64,000 bases of DNA from an uncultured Candidatus Saccharibacteria bacterium (GTDB taxonomy: Bacteria > Patescibacteriota > Minisyncoccia > Phycocordibacterales > SBAW01): NCBI GenBank assembly GCA_964615415.1, contig CAZTNI010000003.1:143235-207234 (forward strand), written 5' to 3'. This document shows positions 46,799 through 55,443 of the stretch, in pieces. Under the pieces are notes generated by a model that was not told where the DNA came from, did not search any database, and worked only from the letters and a program-made list of their open reading frames with translations. Made by a program: the position numbers and the translations under genes. The stretch's first letter is position 1. Every line of letters starts with the position of its first letter.

Positions 46799-48115
46799 AT
46801 GGCAGGTATCGTTACTCGGTTTGCCCCGAGCCCTACAGGGTTCCTTCATGGCGGCAATTATCGTACTGCAGTGTTTGCATACCTCTTGGCAAAGAAGGAA
46901 GGGGGAAAGTTTATTTTGCGTATAGAAGACACCGACCGTGAGCGTTCTAAAAAAGAATACGAGGACAATATCCACGAGACTATTGCCTGGTTGGGGCTTT
47001 CGCCAGACGAAACGTATCGTCAAAGTGAGAACGCGCCGCGCCACACAGAACTGATCCGCAAGCTAATTGCTGAAGATAAGGCGTACGTATCAAAAGAAAC
47101 GCCAAAAGAGCCGGGTGATCGTGCAGAAGTGATCCGCTTTCGTAATCCAAAAAGAATAGTGACGTTTACCGACAGTATCCGTGGCGACATTAGCATGGAC
47201 ACCACAGACCTGGGCGACTTTGTCATTGCGCGCTCAGAAACCGAACCGGTATTCCACTTTGCAGTGGTGGTAGACGACGCAGACGAAGGCGTCACGCATG
47301 TCATCCGCGGCGAGGATCATATTTCCAATACGCCGCGGCAAATTCTTATCGGCGAGGCGCTGGGTTTTGCAATCCCGACTTACGCGCATCTTCCTTTGGT
47401 GTTAAGTACCGACCGCACCAAGCTTTCAAAACGCAAAGGTGCAAAAGCACTGACACAGTACAGAGATGAGGGGTATATGCCCGAAGCGATGATCAACTAC
47501 CTTGCGCTCTTGGGCTGGCATCCGGAAGGGGAGCAGGAAGTATTTTCTGTTGCAGAATTGTTGAAGATTTTCTCTCTTGATCGGATTCAAAAATCATCCG
47601 GTGTATTCGATGAAGTGAAACTACGTTGGTGTAATGCGGAACATTTGAAAAAACTTTCTGATGAAGCATTTCTTGCTACGTTAACGTCTTACATGGGCCC
47701 GCTTCCTCCGTATGCGACACAGATTGTCCGTTTGTTGCGTGAACGCTCGCAAACTTTGGGCGATGCGAAGCAGGCTATTACAGGAGGGGAGTACGCGTTC
47801 CTCGGAGACACCGTTGTCGTCACTAAAGAATTACTTTTGAAGGGTGCAAAAGCAGAAGCGGGGGATGTGGCCAACTACCTTAAAGCAGTTGAGGCGAAGC
47901 TCTCGACTATTGCTGATGAAGACTTCACCATGGAGAATGTAAAAGAAGCTATTTTCCCATACGCCACCGAAGTAGGGAGGAGCGGAGTGCTGTGGCCTAT
48001 GCGGGTAGCTCTCTCTGGGTTAGAAAAATCACCTGATCCCTTCACCCTTGCGGGGCTTATAGGTAAAAACAAAACAGTACAGCGAATTGCTGAGGCTCGC
48101 GCTGTGTTAGAGTAA
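46799..48115 (+). CDS. gltX: Glutamate--tRNA ligase
   Basis: RFAPSPTG, RIEDTD, IRGEDH, KLSKR. Confidence 0.96.
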   Translation: MAGIVTRFAPSPTGFLHGGNYRTAVFAYLLAKKEGGKFILRIEDTDRERSKKEYEDNIHETIAWLGLSPDETYRQSENAPRHTELIRKLIAEDKAYVSKETPKEPGDRAEVIRFRNPKRIVTFTDSIRGDISMDTTDLGDFVIARSETEPVFHFAVVVDDADEGVTHVIRGEDHISNTPRQILIGEALGFAIPTYAHLPLVLSTDRTKLSKRKGAKALTQYRDEGYMPEAMINYLALLGWHPEGEQEVFSVAELLKIFSLDRIQKSSGVFDEVKLRWCNAEHLKKLSDEAFLATLTSYMGPLPPYATQIVRLLRERSQTLGDAKQAITGGEYAFLGDTVVVTKELLLKGAKAEAGDVANYLKAVEAKLSTIADEDFTMENVKEAIFPYATEVGRSGVLWPMRVALSGLEKSPDPFTLAGLIGKNKTVQRIAEARAVLE

Positions 48116-48119
48116 ATGG

Positions 48120-49391
48120 ATGGGGAGTATCATCCGCAGTACTCTTAGTGTGCTCTTTATTGGTTCCCTTTGTATTGTGGGGGGAGTTGGCTTCGTGCGA
48201 GCACAAAGTGCTGAGGAACTCCAGACACAGATCAGTGAAAACAATAAGCAAATCGAACAGCTCAAAGCAGAAATCGCCAAACTCCAAAGCGACCTGAATG
48301 CGACTAGTAAACAAAAACAAACACTGCAAACGGCAGTAACCGAACTTAACCTCAATATTCAAAAACTCACCAAGAGTATTACGCTAACGCAAGCAGAAAT
48401 AAAAGAAAAAGATAGAGAAATTAGCAACCTTTCGGGAAGTATTTCAGAAACCTCCGAGAGGATAGGTCGTTCCCAAGACCAGGTAGGGAATTCGCTGCGC
48501 CAGCTTGATATGGCCGATACGCAACCGCAGGTGTTGACCTTACTAACAGGTGGCACACTCTCGCAGTTTTTTGACGAAGCGGCAAACCTTACGGCGCTTC
48601 GTATAGAACTCGAGAACAAGATCCGCGAACTCTCGACCTTAAAGGAGGAGTATCAAACGGATAAAGATGTTGCAGAAGAAAAACGTGCCGAACTTGCCGG
48701 CCTGCAGCGACAACTGAATGAGCAAAAGCAGGGGCTCGCCATATCGCGTGATGAACAGAATAAACTCCTGACTGAAACAAAAAACAAAGAGTCTACGTAC
48801 CAGGCGCAGATCGCACAAAAACAAGCCGAGCAAAAAGCATTCGAAGCAGCGCTCTTTGACCTTGCATCGAAGTTGGAGTACGTACTCGATCCAAGCAAGA
48901 TCCCAGGTGCGCGCGGCGGTGTATTGCAGTGGCCGCTCGACAATGTACTGGTGACGCAACAGTTCGGGAGAACAGCCGACTCCGGCCGTCTGTACACATC
49001 CGGAACGCACGACGGTATCGACTTCCGCGCAAGTGTAGGCACCCCGGTACGCGCGTCGCTTGGTGGTACGGTGTACGAAGTGAACCATGGCGCAGCGCCG
49101 AATTGTCAGTACGGTAAGTGGGTGATCGTTAAACATCCAAACGGTCTTGCGACACTCTACGCCCACCTCTCCAACATTAACGTCGGCAAAGGACAAACGG
49201 TCGCAACAGGGCAGGTTCTAGGTTATAGCGGTTCAACAGGCTATGCGACGGGGCCGCACTTGCACTTTACAGTGTATGTTGCGGAAGCGCTTTCCTTAAA
49301 GCAATACACCTGCAAGAGCGGGGCAGTGGTAACAGTGCCTATTGCGCCACTTAATGCATACCTCAACCCGCTCGACTACTTACCGCGGTAA
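48120..49391 (+). CDS. Coiled-coil plus M23 peptidase (EnvC-like architecture)
   Basis: Signal peptide, long coiled coil, HDGID and HLH zinc motifs. Confidence 0.9.
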   Translation: MGSIIRSTLSVLFIGSLCIVGGVGFVRAQSAEELQTQISENNKQIEQLKAEIAKLQSDLNATSKQKQTLQTAVTELNLNIQKLTKSITLTQAEIKEKDREISNLSGSISETSERIGRSQDQVGNSLRQLDMADTQPQVLTLLTGGTLSQFFDEAANLTALRIELENKIRELSTLKEEYQTDKDVAEEKRAELAGLQRQLNEQKQGLAISRDEQNKLLTETKNKESTYQAQIAQKQAEQKAFEAALFDLASKLEYVLDPSKIPGARGGVLQWPLDNVLVTQQFGRTADSGRLYTSGTHDGIDFRASVGTPVRASLGGTVYEVNHGAAPNCQYGKWVIVKHPNGLATLYAHLSNINVGKGQTVATGQVLGYSGSTGYATGPHLHFTVYVAEALSLKQYTCKSGAVVTVPIAPLNAYLNPLDYLPR

Positions 49392-49512
49392 ATTTATCCC
49401 CACCCTTCCTTTTATTGCAGCTGTTAAACGTCTCTTAATGCTTCATACTTATGAGTAGCGGTGGGGTCGAGCCGTGGGTTATTTTCCCGCTATTTCGTAC
49501 TACTTTATATTT

Positions 49513-49725
49513 ATGAAACTTCTCCAAACTCTCGCATTTATTCTTGTTATTGTCGGTGGTCTTAACTGGGGTCTTGTAGGCCTCGGTGGCTTTACGGGCA
49601 ATAATTGGAATGTTGTGAACATGATCCTCGGAGCATGGCCTCAGGTAGAGTGGCTTGTCTACGTCCTCGTAGGCCTCTCTGCTGTGTGGATGCTCGTGTC
49701 TTTAAAGGGCAAGATGAGCATGTAA
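49513..49725 (+). CDS. DUF378 family small membrane protein
   Basis: LVIVGGLNWGLVG...VYVLVGLSA. Confidence 0.85.
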   Translation: MKLLQTLAFILVIVGGLNWGLVGLGGFTGNNWNVVNMILGAWPQVEWLVYVLVGLSAVWMLVSLKGKMSM

Positions 49726-49796
49726 TCCAGCTGTGCGAGAAAGGCCGCTTTCGCTATTTCAGCGAAGCGGTTTTTCGTTTATACTAGAGTCTTCAT

Positions 49797-50525
49797 ATGT
49801 CGCATGCAGTTGCAGTGAAAGACCTTCGCAAAACCTATAGTGGTGGCGTAGAGGCACTGAAGGGAATATCTCTCACTATTGAAGAGGGAGACTTTTTTGC
49901 ACTCTTGGGGCAAAACGGGGCAGGGAAGACCACGCTTATTAACATCCTTACCACCCTGGTTACGAAAACAAGCGGGGAGGCACGCATCTATGGTTTTTCT
50001 ATCGACCAGGAGCCAGAAAAGGCGAAACTCCATGTCGGTGTGGTGCCGCAGGAATTCAACTTTAATATTTTTGAAAAAGTACTCGACATCGTGGTAACCC
50101 AAGCAGGGTACTACGGCATCCCGCGCAAAGAGGCACTCGTACGTGCAGAGCAAATTTTAAAAGACCTCGGGCTCTGGGAAAAACGTGCAACAAAAGCCCA
50201 AGCGCTCTCCGGTGGTATGAAGCGTCGCCTGATGATCGCTCGCGCGCTCATTCATAAACCCTCACTTCTTATCCTCGACGAGCCAACAGCGGGGGTGGAC
50301 GTAGAATTGCGTCGCAGTATGTGGGAGTATCTCCGTAAAGTTAATAGCGGAGGGACGACCATCATCCTTACGACGCACTACCTCGAAGAGGCAGAAGCGC
50401 TGTGCCGCAATGTTGCCATGATCAAAAAAGGGGAGATCGTGGTGAACGAAAGTATGCAGTCCCTCTTGAGGCGTCATGGCGAGCGCAAGTTGGAAGATAT
50501 TTTTATGGAGCTCGTACAAAACTAA
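49797..50525 (+). CDS. ABC transporter ATP-binding protein (YadG-like)
   Basis: GQNGAGKT, LSGGMKRR, ILDEPT. Confidence 0.93.
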   Translation: MSHAVAVKDLRKTYSGGVEALKGISLTIEEGDFFALLGQNGAGKTTLINILTTLVTKTSGEARIYGFSIDQEPEKAKLHVGVVPQEFNFNIFEKVLDIVVTQAGYYGIPRKEALVRAEQILKDLGLWEKRATKAQALSGGMKRRLMIARALIHKPSLLILDEPTAGVDVELRRSMWEYLRKVNSGGTTIILTTHYLEEAEALCRNVAMIKKGEIVVNESMQSLLRRHGERKLEDIFMELVQN

Positions 50526-50527
50526 GT

Positions 50528-51301
50528 ATGCCAACATCAGGAATCATGACCGCGTTCTATACGATGATGCGCAAAGAAATAGTGCGTATTTTGCGCATTT
50601 GGTCGCAGACGTTGTTGCCGCCAGTCATAACCACATCGCTTTATTTTATTGTTTTTGGTGCCTTCATTGGTTCCCAAATAGCGCCTATACACGGTGTCTC
50701 GTACATTCAGTTTATCGTCCCGGGCCTCATCATGATGAGTATTATTACGAGTGCCTACAGTAACGCAGTGTTTTCTGCATATTTTGCAAAATTTACCCGC
50801 ACGATAGAAGAGCTTTTGGTGTCGCCGATGCCAAACTGGATAATCATTGCCGGTTTTGTTGGTGGTGGCATTATGCGTGGGTTCTTGGTGGGGGTGTTGG
50901 TGCTCGTGGTGTCGCTATTGTTTACCCATCTTGCAGTTGCAAACATCCTGGTTATCGTCGCGGCTCTTATCCTTACAGCAATACTGTTTTCGTTTGCAGG
51001 GCTTCTCAACGGGGTGTTTGCAAAGTCGTTTGATGCGGTCGGTATTGTGCCAACGTTCGTCTTAACCCCGCTGACGTACCTAGGCGGTGTCTTCTATTCA
51101 ATAGAGCAACTCCCGCCGTTTTGGCAGACCGTCTCTTTGTTCAACCCTATCCTCTACATGGTAAACGCATTCCGCTACGGCTTCCTTGGCACCTCGGACA
51201 TTCCGCTCTGGATCTGTTTTACCGTGCTTACAGGACTCACTGTATTCTTTAGCATTCTTACGATAGTGATCTTCAAAAGGGGAATGGGGTTAAAGAATTA
51301 A
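50528..51301 (+). CDS. ABC-2 permease (YadH-like)
   Basis: QTLLPPVIT, YIQFIVPGL, NPILYMVNAFRYG. Confidence 0.92.
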   Translation: MPTSGIMTAFYTMMRKEIVRILRIWSQTLLPPVITTSLYFIVFGAFIGSQIAPIHGVSYIQFIVPGLIMMSIITSAYSNAVFSAYFAKFTRTIEELLVSPMPNWIIIAGFVGGGIMRGFLVGVLVLVVSLLFTHLAVANILVIVAALILTAILFSFAGLLNGVFAKSFDAVGIVPTFVLTPLTYLGGVFYSIEQLPPFWQTVSLFNPILYMVNAFRYGFLGTSDIPLWICFTVLTGLTVFFSILTIVIFKRGMGLKN

Positions 51302-51365
51302 AGGTGTTGAATATCCCTACCCTGCAGTATCTTGATTCAAACCTGCGTAGTGCTATATTAGTGAC

Positions 51366-51720
51366 GGCAGAACCTTTGTTCAGGAAGTCGGGTAATTCCG
51401 ATACTCCTGAAAATGTGGAACCTACAGCCGGTCTATAAGACCCGCCTAGTTCGACCTCTTGCACAGGCACGATAGAATTTGGAGTCCGGAATAAGCTACG
51501 GATCACTGACCGCTAAGTCAGCCCACACCTTTCTGCGGAAAGGGCTCCGACCTCGCAAGAGAATATCGGAGAGAGTTAATACCGGATACGTCCCAAAAGG
51601 AGAAAGATTGATTTCGCTCCAGATAGGGCCGGATGAACATCTTAGTGCGTGGGGTAATGGCCCACACAGCAGTTCATCAGTTCTGCCACGCGCGCTCCTT
51701 CGGGGGCGCGCTTTTCTTTT
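51366..51720 (+). ncRNA. Putative structured ncRNA with a 16S rRNA h7-h11-like core
   Basis: TTGATT-16-TATATT with TG (51332-51359); closing stem GGCAGAAC/GTTCTGCC; CGGAATAA...TAATACCGGATAC...GAAAGATT...TCGC; GTGGGGTAATGGCCCAC; terminator at 51690-51720. Confidence 0.78.
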
Positions 51721-52354
51721 TCCAATTCTGCATTTTTAATAACTCGCGCTCGAGTTTTGTGGCGCGGCGGAGATTCTTTAACGGTGATGCAGGTGCGACA
51801 GGGAAGTGGGGCGAGTCGTCTAACTTTTCTGCCAGCCAATCGAGCGGATCTTCAGTAGTCACCCACTGCTCTGCTTTAAATTTTGATAAGTGGAATGGTT
51901 TCGAGTAGGCGAGCATAGTCTTTTTTCCATTTGCTAAAAAGTATTCGTGGAAATAACTCATCGCAAGTTCGCGTACCGTTTTGTATACCGGGTCGCGATA
52001 GCGAAGGACAGGGTTGTTGGTCTTGCTGAGTGCGCCCCAGCGATCGCCTTCTTTAAAAAGCGCGACGACATGGTCAAAGTCATCATCACTGGTTTGTATA
52101 TCCAGGAGTAGCGGCTCCCTGCCATGGTAGGCGAGGGAAGCGGCAGCAAATACTGCACCCTCAAAACAATAGGCAGATTTTTTCTGCAACATACGTCGCG
52201 GGCTGCGAAAGGTCTCTGCCCTACTAAAGTGAAAATTTTGGGGGAGGGCTTCAAGGTAGTCTTGAATCTTGTGTGGAGTATTTAATTTTTTAAAAACCGC
52301 GTGCTCGGAGGGGGAGAGAAGTGATCGGAAATTATTCCGGTACTGAATATTCAT
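51677..52354 (-). CDS. Conserved hypothetical protein (transglutaminase-like fold possible)
   Basis: AYCFEGA...DHVVALF...WGALSKTN suggests Cys/His catalytic residues. Confidence 0.75.
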   Translation of the reverse strand: MNIQYRNNFRSLLSPSEHAVFKKLNTPHKIQDYLEALPQNFHFSRAETFRSPRRMLQKKSAYCFEGAVFAAASLAYHGREPLLLDIQTSDDDFDHVVALFKEGDRWGALSKTNNPVLRYRDPVYKTVRELAMSYFHEYFLANGKKTMLAYSKPFHLSKFKAEQWVTTEDPLDWLAEKLDDSPHFPVAPASPLKNLRRATKLERELLKMQNWKKKSAPPKERAWQN

Positions 52355-52424
52355 TCCGTTCAGTATAACAACGTATAAAAAGAAAACCGCCCGACTTCAA
52401 GCCGGGACGGCTTTCGATGGGCGG

Positions 52425-52838
52425 TCAGATGTTCAGCGTCGCCACGATGGAGTCGAAGTTTCCCAGAGTAGCTTCCGTCCTCTGAAGGGAGGCCTTCGCA
52501 TCCTCGACGGTTTCTTGGAGTCTTCTCCTGCGCTGCTCCAGGTACGCTTTGACCTCAGCAGGTTCGACAAGGCGCATGGTCTGGCGACTTTCCGGAGAAT
52601 TCTTGGAGATAGAGAACTCGTACCAATCGAATTGCTCTATCATGTCGTCGAGCGAACGAACGCGGAAGCGCTTCCTCTTGTTGTTGACATTCGTGATGAT
52701 CGCGGGGCAATTCCACCTGCCGCCGCTTGTGAAGCCGTTGTACCACAGCAGCCGGCCGACCTCGATGTGTTCGGCCAGAAGTGGGCGCTCGATGACAACA
52801 GGTTCTCCAGAAATTCCGTCCTGAATGGTAATGCTCAC
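52425..52838 (-). CDS. Hypothetical protein (orphan cassette)
   Basis: GTG start with AAAGGAG SD; TTGACA-17-TATTGT near 52913-52885; hairpin at about 52383-52411. Confidence 0.65.
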   Translation of the reverse strand: MSITIQDGISGEPVVIERPLLAEHIEVGRLLWYNGFTSGGRWNCPAIITNVNNKRKRFRVRSLDDMIEQFDWYEFSISKNSPESRQTMRLVEPAEVKAYLEQRRRRLQETVEDAKASLQRTEATLGNFDSIVATLNI

Positions 52839-53264
52839 CTTCGTTCTCCTTTCCCGGATCAAAAATGGGACTGTAACCAAAAAAACAATATAACACCTAA
52901 AGATAAATGTCAATGCATATTAAACCCTGGCAGGGGAGCAGGTAGGGAGTTTATACCCTTCAAAAAATGGACCTACTTCCCCGTTAAAAATCAAAAAACC
53001 GGGGGAGGGGTTTGGAAGAGGATTTTTAAATGGGTACATAAAAAAGAAAGCTCTAAATTTTTTAAAAGTTCTGTGGCCGGGGTAGGGAGGGAGATAAAAA
53101 TTCAATCCGGTACAAACTTCATGCAGGCTTATTTAGGCAGGGCGCTCGAGAGTATATACGTCGCACAATATATCTTTTGCGACGTATAGGCGCCCCTGGA
53201 GAGTAAATAAAAGCCGCCCTGGTCTGGGCGGCTACACAGTCTCTTCCCTGTGGGTTTGGAGTTT

Positions 53265-53642
53265 TTATGCAGCTTCTTGGACTGGCTCTACCTTAACCCC
53301 TTTCAGGCCCTTGTCACTGAAATGCTTCGAAGCTTCTTCTTCTGACATGTGTACCGGCACTACGACCGTCTCGTACGTACCGCCTTGGCCGCCTTCACCA
53401 TGCACTTTAACCCAGGCGAGCAGTTTGCCGTCCTGGTGGTACTCGGCTCGCGTAAGTTCGCGGTTAAATTGTACGCGTACTGGCGCATGTCCTGGGACGG
53501 ACAATTCTGCAGCAATCTGGTTCAAAATGCCGCGCGTGCGGAGCTCGCCGATATACGTGCCGCCGCTCCCGAACCACGGGTCGACCATTTTTGCTGTGGC
53601 GGCAGGTACTCGCAGCAACCGTCTCCATAAAGAACCAAGCAT
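53265..53642 (-). CDS. Hypothetical protein (orphan cassette)
   Basis: GAGG SD; terminator AGCCGCCC...GGGCGGCT at about 53206-53233. Confidence 0.65.
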   Translation of the reverse strand: MLGSLWRRLLRVPAATAKMVDPWFGSGGTYIGELRTRGILNQIAAELSVPGHAPVRVQFNRELTRAEYHQDGKLLAWVKVHGEGGQGGTYETVVVPVHMSEEEASKHFSDKGLKGVKVEPVQEAA

Positions 53643-53778
53643 GGGCGTTTTCCTCTGTTTGGATTACCGGAAGGCAGCATACCAAAGTGTCGTGTAAAGG
53701 GAAGTCACTTCCCTTTTATATACGCAAAACCGCCCGGATTTTTGGTCCGGGCGGTTTTGGTTTTAATACTAGTGAGAA

Positions 53779-54216
53779 TTACTTCTTAGCGAAGTGATCC
53801 TTAGCTGCCTCAGTTTTACCCCAACAGTTTTTAGACTTCATATCGGCCTCCCAAGGTTTAGTACCTTGTTTGTCGTACAAGTAACGTGCGTAGGCAACGT
53901 TACCCTGGAGGCTGTAGACGTCGAGACCGAGCTTCTCTTCTGCAAAGTCTGCATGGATCGAAGCCATGATCTGGAATACACCTACTGCGGAGCTACCTGG
54001 GTTTTTAAGGACCTGGCCGTTCTTATTGAACTGGCGGAACTGCGACTCACACTTTGCGACCTCGATCATAACCGGAATGTCGGCAAAGTACTCAGTAACG
54101 TACTCCTCAACGGTCTGTGCTGCAGGTATTGAGAGGCCAACTGCTGCAGTAGAATCCGAGGAATTTACTCCAAGGACCGCAGAGAGCGCCAGAGCGACAC
54201 CAACAGTGAAAGACAT
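53779..54216 (-). CDS. Secreted lytic transglycosylase/lysozyme-like protein
   Basis: VAKCES...AVGVFQI...YARYLY...KPW, SLT-type motifs. Confidence 0.75.
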   Translation of the reverse strand: MSFTVGVALALSAVLGVNSSDSTAAVGLSIPAAQTVEEYVTEYFADIPVMIEVAKCESQFRQFNKNGQVLKNPGSSAVGVFQIMASIHADFAEEKLGLDVYSLQGNVAYARYLYDKQGTKPWEADMKSKNCWGKTEAAKDHFAKK

Positions 54217-54390
54217 AAATGAATAGGCATAACCTTAATGACTAAGCAGAAACAAAAAAGCTCCGGGCTCGACAGCCCAGAGATAACATAATGATAGCAT
54301 CATTTTGTCAATAGGTCAATGGATACCCCTTGACAAAAAAGAGGGGTCCCCGGATGAGCCGAGAACCCCATATTTGACAACCTTGCCTGC

Positions 54391-54612
54391 CTATGGCGAG
54401 GCCGTTTGAGCCTTCCTTTTCCATTCAATACCGCGCAGGTATCCCGTCAGGAGCGCGATTCGCTGAGTACGGTCCAGGTCTGCTCCCCATATATGCACAC
54501 TCTGAGCGGATACGCCCATCTTCCCCAACCGTATACCGAGTCGGAAATGAGCCCGCATTTGGCGTAAGAGAATCTTGCGCCGCTCTGCTATGCGTCGAGT
54601 TAGCCACCGCAT
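54391..54612 (-). CDS. Small basic protein (73 aa)
   Basis: ATG at 54612, one base after the stop of 54614..55336, with GGAGG upstream. Confidence 0.55.
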   Translation of the reverse strand: MRWLTRRIAERRKILLRQMRAHFRLGIRLGKMGVSAQSVHIWGADLDRTQRIALLTGYLRGIEWKRKAQTASP

Positions 54613-54613
54613 G

Positions 54614-55336
54614 TTACGCCTCCGTTGTTGGTTCGAGGATAAGCTTTGAGAGTGCGTGTGCTGCGGGCTTGTAGAGCCCGGGCATGGCGTTTTTGGTGAG
54701 CCATTCTTGCACGGCTTCATCCCCGATCACTAGGTCTTCCGCGAAGCCTCTTTCCGTAAAGTCTTCGAGGCCCAAGTAGGGCGGTGATGTATCGTTCCCG
54801 CCTCCTAAGTGGAAGGGGTCGAACAGAGGACCTTTCTCGGTCTCAAGCTTGCCATCAAGTTTGTCGTCGTGCAGATATATCGACTGTTCGAGTTGTAGGT
54901 ACTGGGAGGTAGGGAGTGTCAGGATTTTACCGTTGTTACTGATTACGGACTCACTGCTCGTCCATACCACCTCTTCGCCTTCAAGTACTGCTAGGCGGAG
55001 CATCCGGTGAGGAAAGGTGTCGACGCCGTGTGAGTGGAAGGTGTGCGGCATCTGGATCACGTAGTGGATGAGAATAAACTCCCCCTTCTTCCCTTTAAGC
55101 TGTTCTTCGAGTGTGCGGTACTTGGCCGTCAGTTCCTCGAGCTTCTCAACACCGTGCATGCGGATGACCATGTCGACGTATCGGTCGCCGGTCGTCTCAC
55201 CCTGGGCGAGCCGCTCTCGGAGCTCTGTGACGACCTTGTACTTGTCGGTACCGAGTTCTTTCAGCTTCTTGTTGAGGATATTCTCCTCAACGGTTAGGTC
55301 GCTTATCGTCCGTCGCAATTCTTGAATCGAGGACAT
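54614..55336 (-). CDS. Hypothetical protein with coiled-coil N-terminus
   Basis: AGGAGG SD; 240-aa ORF. Confidence 0.75.
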   Translation of the reverse strand: MSSIQELRRTISDLTVEENILNKKLKELGTDKYKVVTELRERLAQGETTGDRYVDMVIRMHGVEKLEELTAKYRTLEEQLKGKKGEFILIHYVIQMPHTFHSHGVDTFPHRMLRLAVLEGEEVVWTSSESVISNNGKILTLPTSQYLQLEQSIYLHDDKLDGKLETEKGPLFDPFHLGGGNDTSPPYLGLEDFTERGFAEDLVIGDEAVQEWLTKNAMPGLYKPAAHALSKLILEPTTEA

Positions 55337-55409
55337 ACATCCCTCCTGTATTGGTTCTGTCCGTTGGTCAGGGTACTAAATTGAGGGGTGGTAGTAAAGC
55401 AAAAAAATC

Positions 55410-55440
55410 CCGCTTCGCCAGTGGGGCGAAGCGGGATGAT
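55410..55440 (-). terminator. Intrinsic terminator, repeated at 56474-56504
   Basis: CCGCTTCGCC...GGCGAAGCGG with an adjacent A7 on the plus strand; 28/31 identical to the second copy. Confidence 0.8.
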
Positions 55441-55443
55441 GTG

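Noticed and set aside
51273-51908. Short ORFs 51273..51506, 51479..51739 and 51633..51908
   Set aside because: No SD or motifs, and they cross a terminator or neighbouring genes. A structured RNA explains the region better.
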